In this document: one piece after another, positions 59,747 through 64,000 of the stretch
Position numbering within the stretch: position 1 is the first letter of the stretch
Layout: each line of letters starts with the position of its first letter
Source of the DNA: Heteronotia binoei
Taxonomy: Eukaryota
NCBI RefSeq assembly: GCF_032191835.1
Contig: NW_026800309.1
Location: forward strand, 62,001 to 126,000
Length of the DNA: 64,000 bases
Direction of reading: 5' to 3'
The notes under the pieces: model-generated
The model's database searches: none
Told to the model about the DNA's origin: nothing
The model's input: the letters and a program-made list of their open reading frames with translations, nothing else
Program-made: the position numbers and the translations under genes

Positions 59747-60596
59747 TGTGGAGAAACGCCATTTTAGTCAGTGGTGGTGCTTCATTTGGCAGGGGTCAGT
59801 AAATCCCTCAGCAGGCTTTGTAGCCTTCCCCTCACTCCCCCCCTCCCTTCCAGAGCCAAACCAACAACGCTAGGGGGAAAATCTCCTAGAGAGGCAGGAA
59901 GTGCTTTTGTTCTTGGCATGTGTGTTAGCAGGAAGAGAACGGCAGTTGGAAGCCAGCGCTCGAGCGAGCATGTGGTGAGCAATGGAGGCTCCTGCCTGGG
60001 GGGCCCCAGGCAGTCAGACCAAGTAAGTCATTCTCATAGACAGGGCAAGTTTAGATCAGGGCCAGCAGGATGCGTTTATAATCAACTTTTCTTTGTATGC
60101 TGTGTGCTGTACGGGTGCTGAGCTGTGCTGTGCTGTGCTAACTCTTTAAATGCAACTGTTTTGGTTTTGTTTTTCTTTTCCTATCTTTTTCTCTTTTTAA
60201 ATAAATATATTTTTACTGTTTAAATGCTGGCAGTCAATCTCTGTACCACCTAGATCCCCAAACCGCTTTAGACCACGCTGTGTTGAGAAGGGGGCCCCGG
60301 GGAAGGAGGAAGGCATGCAGTTGGATAAGGTGCCAATCCTCCAGGGGTGCCCCAAAGACGTGCTGAGGTCTCTGTGAAACCCAAGTGCAGGGTGGCAGAG
60401 GACCTTGAGGCCGGGCCTCATAGCTGGAAAGGGGGATTGGGAGTCCTGTTCCTCTCAATCTGAACCCCGGGACTGAGCAGGTGGTGGCAGCGCGCCCAAG
60501 GGGCAGGAGGAGAAATAGCTCCCTCCAGGAGTTGGCGACTCAATAGGGAGCTGACGGGACCGGGTCTGAAGGCAGAATCGGGCCGGTTCCGTCACA
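59747..60596 (+). mobile_element. Solo LTR (850 bp) with 5-bp TSD ACAAC
   Basis: TGTGGAG...GTCACA; ACAAC on both flanks; homologous to 22958-23820. Confidence 0.92.
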
Positions 60597-61675
60597 ACAA
60601 CAAAAAATGCAATGCTTCACGAGGGGGTTAGATAAAAATATGGAGCAGAGGTCCATCAGTGGCTATTAGCCACAGTGTGTGTATGTGTGTGTGCATACAT
60701 ATATTTGGCCCCCGTGTGACACAGAGTGTTGGACTGGATGGGCCATTGGTCTGATCCAACATGGCTTATCTTAGGTTCTTCTGTCTGGGGCAGGGATGCT
60801 CTGTATTCTTGGTGCTTGGGGGGGCACAGTGTCTTGGCCCCACTGATGGACCTCCTGATGGCACCTCATTTTTTTGGCCCCTGTGTGACACAGAGTGTCG
60901 GACTGGAGGGGCCATTGGCCTGATCCAACATGGCTTCTCTTATGTTCTTCAATAAAATATCAAAATGAATCAGGCATTCTCTAACTGCATCACTTGTGTA
61001 CTATATCCATGTTGAACTCAAGACATTGTCGAGTTGTGCCTCTTGGAAGGCACAACTTGAAAGGAATTAAATGTTCTGTCCTAAGACAGCAAGCCAGAGG
61101 CCCAGAGTTTCAGAACTGCAAGCCCAGGCCTCGGATTCAGCGGGAGCTCCAAGGAGCACAGCTCCTGAACCTTTCTGAGGGTTCCCCCCCCCTCCTACCT
61201 ACCTTGTCCGTTGAATAGGAGTAGCAGCTGCAGAACAATCCCTGGATGAGCTCCACCACCTGTTTTTCTACAAAGCGACCCCTGTGCATACCTATATTTG
61301 AACCAGACTGGCCACAGTCCTCTGGGACACCTGTTCTAGGTGAAGAGGCTGGCCTTGGGCTCTTCTGAAATCCTGGCTCTCAGCTCCCAGGACCTCCAGC
61401 TTGCCGGCTTCCAGGGCTAGCTGAGCAGCATTAAGTGAACAACACAAATACCTCCTCCTCGGTGTGAAGCTTTCATTTTAAATATCTGTTATAAGTAGGA
61501 ACGGAGACCCTCCTGTCTCCTTGCTGAAGCTATTTTTCTGGCTGTGAGCATTCCCCCCCCCCCTCATTGTTCTTGGTGGTGCCCCAGACCAACTTTCTGA
61601 AACTGTCTTCATGATGAAGTGGTGTGTGTTGGCAACAGACCCCATTTGCCCCCTGGTGCCAACACCCATCTGAAG

Positions 61676-62180
61676 AATGGCTGACCCAAGGCCATTGCAG
61701 CAGCTGCAAGTGGAAGAGTGGGGAATCAAACCCGGTTCTCCCAGATAAGAGAGCTCTGGCTGACCCAAGGCCATCCCAGCAGCTGCAAGTGGAGGAGTGG
61801 GGAATAAACCCGGTTCTCCCAGATAAGAGAGCTCTGGCTGACCCAAGGCCATTCCAGCAGCTGCAAGTGGAGGAGTGGGGAATCAAACCCGGTTCTCCCA
61901 GATAAGAGAGCTCTGGCTGACCCAAGGCCATTCCAGCAGCTGCCAGTGGAGGAGTGGGGAATCAAACCCGGTTCTCCCAGATAAGAGAGCTCTGGCTGAC
62001 CCAAGGCCATTCCAGCAGGTGCAAGTGGAGGAGTGGGGAATCAAACCCGGTTCTCCCAGATAAGAGAGCTCTGGCTGACCCAAGGCCATTCCAGCAGCTG
62101 CCAGTGGAGGAGTGGGGAATCAAACCCAGTTCTCCCAGAAAAGAGTCCACACACTTAACCACCACACCAAACTGGCTCTC
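61676..62180 (-). repeat. Squam3-like SINE 5' part with 79-bp tandem units (~6)
   Basis: Same unit as 51.1-52.2 kb; ends ACCACACCAAACTGGCTCT. Confidence 0.9.
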
Positions 62181-62466
62181 AGTACAAACCAAAGGAAATA
62201 TTTATTCAGCATTTCAGGACAGACCAAAGGAAATCTTTATTCAACCCGTAATTAAGAAGTAGGTTTTTATACCCCACTTTTTTCTCCCCTAAGGAGTCTC
62301 AGAACAGCTTGTGATCACATTCCCTTCCGCACCCTGTAACAAAACTGCTTCTTTATGTTAAAAGTTCCATTCAAGGTTGACTCTAGCTCAGACCTCGGTG
62401 GGCTGTGCTCAGCTTGCAAGGGCCCCCCACCTCCCTGGAAGGGTTTTCATGTCCTTTTATTGTTAT

Positions 62467-62808
62467 TGTTAGCCCTGGTAGGTGAATCAGTATAGCAAGC
62501 AACAGTCCAACAACATTCTGCGCTTAACTATATACAATTTATTTACATCCACCGTCAAAGTGCAAACCATCTAGAGAAGGAGGATACAGTGAACAGCGCC
62601 CCACTGCTTATATACATATTTTACACAGGATATGCACCAATGGGTTACAAGTGCTGAGTCATTGCGCACTAGACACTCATCCTTTGCACTCGTTAGCAAA
62701 TACCAGTCAGAAGCGGTTTCACCTTGTTGAGACCTGATAAGCACTGAAGTCAAATTGACACCAACTGTCAGTGAGATCAGCCTGATCTCAGGAGTCCCTA
62801 GCCTAACG
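62467..62808 (-). mobile_element. Possible small solo LTR
   Basis: TGTTAG...CTAAC ends; on the - strand TATATAAG then AATAAA; TSD not clean. Confidence 0.45.
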
Positions 62809-63072
62809 CCTTATTGAGTTTTCCCTCCCAAATTGCTAGAGCATCTGGGAAGACTGTAGAGTTTTCCTGGAAATGCCTAGATCGGCCGGTGCACAACGTT
62901 TCCAGTGCGATGACATCATCGCACCAACGACACTGGTGGGTTGGGAACCTCCAGGGCGAGAGAATTCCCACCCAGTCTGGGGGCTTGGCAGCCTTACCAA
63001 AAGCTTATACCCAGAACAAAACTTTGTTGGTCTTAAAGGGCCCTTAGTAATGATGAAATGGGGTGGGGGGGT

Positions 63073-64000
63073 GGGGGGGGGGGTGGGCTCCCTCTGGGAA
63101 TCCTACCTCCCAGGGAAAGTGCATGCGCAATACATAGCCTCTCCTCTCCCGGTGTAGTGAACGCCGCGTGGTCACTGTCTGGCTATGCCTGGCAGATGGT
63201 CACTGCAATGGCCTCTCCTGCATTACTGCATCCGTAGCAACACCTTCTCGCTGGTCCCCCCCGTTTTCACAGAGTTTGCTACGTCATGGTGCGACCGAAT
63301 TGTCCGGCGGTATAACCGGATGGGCAGGCTGGGCCCACCAACTTCGTCAGCCTAAGAGAAGGAAAACTCTAACATCAAACCCGGGCAGATAGAGCTCGTT
63401 AATGTAACACCTACCACCTGGAGGACTCACTGCCGGCGTCCCGGCTTACTGGGCCATGGCAGATGACCCCCAGGTGAAAGGGTGGAGCCAGTACCGCGCA
63501 CACTGCGCTTCACCTAAAAAATTCCTCTGCGCAGGCCTGAAGGGCATATCCACACACACAACCCACAACGCATCAAGTCCTGCAGCGATAGGCAAGGGGC
63601 GAAACGGCAGGTGGAAGGTGCCACTGGAAGCCGCAGTCCCGATCCTGCATGTAGGCGGTTTAGGATATTGGTCGCCTGATGCTAACCCGGAGACGAAAGC
63701 ATCTTTCGGCAGCACCCTGAACGACCAAGCCGCCTTATCTAGGGACAGCACTGCTTGCTCCACACGGAGAGGGGCCTAGAAAAGGTGGCCTAAACAAAGC
63801 TCGTCTCCCCCACCCCAGTTGGCTAGCCGCGGTCAACGGGCATCCTTACTTGCGGTCGAAAAATAACAACAAAGAAAAGGCATGCACCTGCCTCACAAAG
63901 TGTGCAAAGACTAAAGCTTGCGTGTTGGAACATCAGAACCATGCTTGACACAGTAGGCAGTGGTCGCCCTGAATGACGCTCTGCTCTAGTTGCCCACGAA
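63073..64000 (+). mobile_element. 5' end of an RTE LINE (UTR plus start of AP endonuclease), continues past the window
   Basis: LKLACWNIRTMLDTVGSGRPE*RSALVAHE (RTE APE N-terminus; TGA at 63974 is probably CpG decay). Confidence 0.9.
63077..63283 (+). ncRNA. HDV-like ribozyme, second copy
   Basis: P2 63233-63241/63274-63283, P3 ACC/GGT, L3 TTCTCGCT 63245-63252, C7 63256-63262, J4/2 CAGA 63270-63273. Confidence 0.68.

Overview
Vertebrate genomic DNA from a squamate reptile, probably a gecko (inferred from the Sauria-type and Squam3-like SINEs). The window is very repeat-rich and has one assembly gap (46464-46625). Genes, all on the + strand: four class I olfactory receptor genes (one OR52-like and two OR51-like intact, one OR51-like with a single nonsense codon), and a complete 5-exon RPS11 (158 aa, 5'TOP promoter). 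RPS11 carries two intronic U35/SNORD35-type C/D snoRNAs. One intact orphan TRPC2 exon lies 1.7 kb upstream of RPS11. Mobile DNA includes CR1, L2, L1 and RTE/BovB LINEs, Penelope-like elements, hAT MITEs (8-bp TSD seen), LTR relics and SINEs. Most notable observations: (1) an RTE retrotransposon whose 5' end folds into an HDV-like self-cleaving ribozyme, present both on a 5'-intact element and on a bipartite non-autonomous derivative; (2) Penelope hammerhead ribozymes, including a palindromic pair just downstream of an OR gene; (3) a hybrid LTR element with inverted ends flanked by one 5-bp TSD; (4) repeated conversion of retroposon segments (mostly termini) into tandem arrays; (5) paralogous EBF+TATA modules upstream of two ORs. 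All folds and family assignments were made by eye and have not been computed or searched.
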